From assembly GCF_038025025.1 (NCBI RefSeq), contig NW_027117346.1:434001-498000 (forward strand): 64,000 nt of DNA, in the 5' to 3' direction. Of the stretch, positions 61,039 through 64,000 are shown in pieces. The position numbers and the translations under genes are program-made. The notes beneath the pieces are model-generated. The model made no database searches. It saw only the letters and a program-made list of their open reading frames with translations, and was not told the DNA's origin. Source of the DNA: Phyllosticta citribraziliensis (taxonomy: Eukaryota). Every line of letters begins with the position of its first letter. The first letter of the stretch is position 1.

Positions 61039-62992
61039 CCAGGAAAGGATTTCTCCAAAGACGACTGGCTCCTTCGCGACGAATGCCATCTGCTTTATTT
61101 TCTGATCAAATGGAACTCGCACATGAGCGACGACGCTCCGCTCGACTTCTCAGTGATGGGACCGCACTTTACGCTGGTACCTCTGCGTTTGGCACACTGG
61201 GCAAACTCGGCCTGCAACTCACTTCCGCACAATACGTCCAAAAGTACTGGATGCACCCCCTGACCACGGACTTACATCTTTGCTTCAGCTCAGCTCATGC
61301 GTTCCGGATGTTTCCGATTGTCCGTACCTACAGATTGGGATCACAATTAAGTGGCTTGGATGTAGTCCGGCGCACAGGGTAGGGTGACTTTGCGCTGGTT
61401 GACCGTCAGCACGCGATTTAATCATCATTAAAGCCTCTTTGCCTTGTGCTTCTCTTTAGGAGTCGGTGGTCAAGTTGGTGACGAGAGGATGAGTATGGCT
61501 ACCAGCGCGTAGCTGGCGATGGGAAGTGATCAGGCTGACCCAGCGTCCAAATGCCAAAACCAAACTTTCCCCTAATCCGACGAGCCCTGGATTACGCCCA
61601 CGTGCTGTTACTCCCTGTCTGTATCCACGGTCAATGTCGCACGACATCTTTTGAGCCTCAAAGAGTTCACCTCTCCACAGTTTGCCAGACCACCACGCCT
61701 CACTGAACCACGATCCAATCACCGAACTTTTGACAACACGCGAAGCTGGAAGCCCCCAAACTGAAGCAACTCCAACCAACAAATATTTTCCAGCATGCAG
61801 TCAGCAAGCTGGAGCAACACAGGCGGTGCCCCAAGGCGACACGAGACGAGACGAAACGAAGCAGAAACAGAACGAGCACGAGCTGCGTGGACGGCGTCAC
61901 CAATGAGCTGATTTTCACATTGCTCTCATCAATCCTTTTGACACTTCCTTTCAGCGCCGCGCGCACATCCATCCAGCGAAGCGCCGTCCTCTCATCTCAT
62001 CGTCCGACTGTGTCGTTCGTCCAAACTCACGCTCCCAAACCACCGCCCCCACCACGCGCCACTCCTCGCCAGCTGCTCCTCTAACACATTAGCTAGACCG
62101 GCAAAACGCGTTTCAAATCCCACGACCCCCTCCTCATTCTCCCGGCGCCTACAGCCATTCTACCACCCCCTGCGCATGGCATAATCTGATCAGTTTTCCT
62201 CCCCTGCCGGCCGAGCGCAGCAGCCGACGGATCAGATCTCTGGTACGGCACCTACACAAGCGCAGACACGCTCCAGCACGGCGCGCGCAACCCCCGACAC
62301 ACCGAGCCCGGGGTTTCGGTAGTCGAGTCGCAAGTGCCGGCAGGACGGGGCAGCAAAGGAAGGATCCGAGTCGACGCCGGATGCGGACGGTGCAGGCGGG
62401 AGTGGAGGCAGCGGCGGCGTCGGTGGCGATCGGAAGCTCTACCCCGAAGGGAAGGTTCTGGATGGCGGGCTTGACTGGCTGCGTGGGTGGTTCGACGTGT
62501 CGGTAGGCGGAAGGAGCGGTCGGTGGTCGGCGTTGGCGTCGAAGAGAAGAAGGAACAGGAGAGTAGAGGGAGTCGGTGCCGATGGGAAGCGATGTAGCGA
62601 GCGAGCTAGGACGGGCAGGCAGACTGATGGGCGGGTGGGCATGATGTTTGTAGGCGATAGCGTGGTGGCGGAGGAGAGTCGCGGCAGTGAAGGGCGTGGC
62701 AAAGCATAACGTGGCAAGAAAACGAGCGGAGTGGCGAAGAACGTTTGGAAGAGAGATGGAATCGATATTAGCTGAGAGGAGAAGTCGTTTTGTTTTTGTT
62801 TCTGCACACACGGCGCGAGCGCAGTGATGCCATTATTTGCCACCCAGTGAGCCAAATGAGCAAGTTGTACGCAGGCCGTGGCAGACAAAGTCCAAGTCCC
62901 GTAAATACTTCCCCTTCAAACATTCTGACAGTCCGGCTTGATGTGGAGGACGGACAGCATCTCAAATAAGCGATGAAGGATCGCTGTTTTGG

Positions 62993-63445
62993 TTACCCCT
63001 TACCACCCTGGGGATGCGTAGCAGAACCAATAGAATTACTGCTCTTACCACTATCCTGGCGCCGCGAGAAGTGCCAAATACCGCTTATGCTGCGGCGGAG
63101 CGATCGTCTCCTACTGCACCGCGGCGAAGAGGTAGAAGAGGTAGAAGGCCTCGAGACGTTTGTACTACTGCTGCTGCCACTCGCAGAATTGCTGCAGTAC
63201 ACGTGGTTGGCTAGATTCACCATGCTGCCACTGTTGCCCACAAAATTCTTGTCGTTTTTGACTGTTTTGATATTCTTGTTGATAGTGTTGTCGATCTTTA
63301 TAATGTTGTTGTTGATGGGTTGGTTGCTCTCAAAAAAGTAGTAGTCGGTCTCATCCGCTGGACTACTGCCATGACTGCTCCTGCTGTGTCGCCGCCAAGG
63401 CGACCGCCGAACATGTCGCTTTGTATCATGCTCGCTGAGTATCAT
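62993..63445 (-). CDS. Possible low-complexity Ser/Asn/Arg-rich orphan protein (~150 aa)
   Basis: Open frame from the ATG at 63445 (MILSEHDTKRHVRRSPWRR...). No domain and no supporting splice evidence. Confidence 0.25.
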   Translation of the reverse strand: MILSEHDTKRHVRRSPWRRHSRSSHGSSPADETDYYFFESNQPINNNIIKIDNTINKNIKTVKNDKNFVGNSGSMVNLANHVYCSNSASGSSSSTNVSRPSTSSTSSPRCSRRRSLRRSISGIWHFSRRQDSGKSSNSIGSATHPQGGKG

Positions 63446-64000
63446 CAGAAACGACGCCTGCCAAATAAATCGAAGAGAAGCCGAGAGGGAAATTGGTATG
63501 ATGGGGCGCGAAATCGAAAAAGTGAGGAGGATGTGACACTGTGGCGCGCATAGTGACAAATGGCGCGGGAGAGCCCGACGCTGGTTGCAATGGGTTGTGA
63601 TGACTTGACACAGGAGACGTGGTACTGAAACGGGACAGTCCAACGCCCACAGAAACTGAAATACAGACGAGAGAATCGTCAAGTATGAGGGATGGGTGTG
63701 TGTTTGAAAGATCAGAGACAGAGGGAGAAAAAGGTGTCCGTATTATCAAAAAGAGGAGAGTAAATAAACCGCCGTCCGTCGATCATCGCAAGTCGATTGT
63801 CGTCGTGGCCGCGTTGACGTAGAAGCGAAGTCGAAGTACGTTGAACCACACCTACATAATCTGCTGGACCCAGACCTACGAAAATTGTCAGCAAAATGTG
63901 TCGAAAGCGCCATTTATTGGTGGTGTTTGCTTACCTCCATCTTCCCCATCTCTTTCCGCTCCCTCTTCGCCTCAGCACTGCAACTCGAAATGGCCATTTG

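Overview
This is eukaryotic, GC-rich, intron-containing DNA from a filamentous ascomycete (Pezizomycotina-type GT..CTRAC..YAG introns, mostly 45-75 nt); the species cannot be determined from the sequence. The conserved backbone encodes an RNPS1-like SR/RRM protein, a Vip1-like RRM protein, a Rieske oxygenase, two MFS transporters (one Jen1-type), a kelch protein, tRNA-Thr(AGT), an Hsm3-like protein, Rpc31, an LRR protein, Per1, Yak1 kinase and two conserved hypothetical proteins. Accessory-looking islands interrupt it at ~2.2-5.7 kb, ~22.2-26.6 kb and ~54.7-61.4 kb. Four observations stand out. (1) The Vip1 RRM protein ends in four exact-period 41-aa modules with the 7-Cys spacing of fungal copper-metallothioneins. 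(2) A solitary Gag-capsid-like ORF carries 12 x 14-aa coiled-coil repeats, a TATA box and a 5'-UTR intron but no pol or LTR, so it is a candidate domesticated Gag. (3) A dispersed GGGAGCATTCA-headed repeat with ~33-34 bp periodicity marks two of the islands. (4) A NACHT-ankyrin NLR ends in a variant ZZ zinc finger and sits head-to-head with a decayed F-box gene. All family assignments come from motif recognition by eye; no database searches were run.
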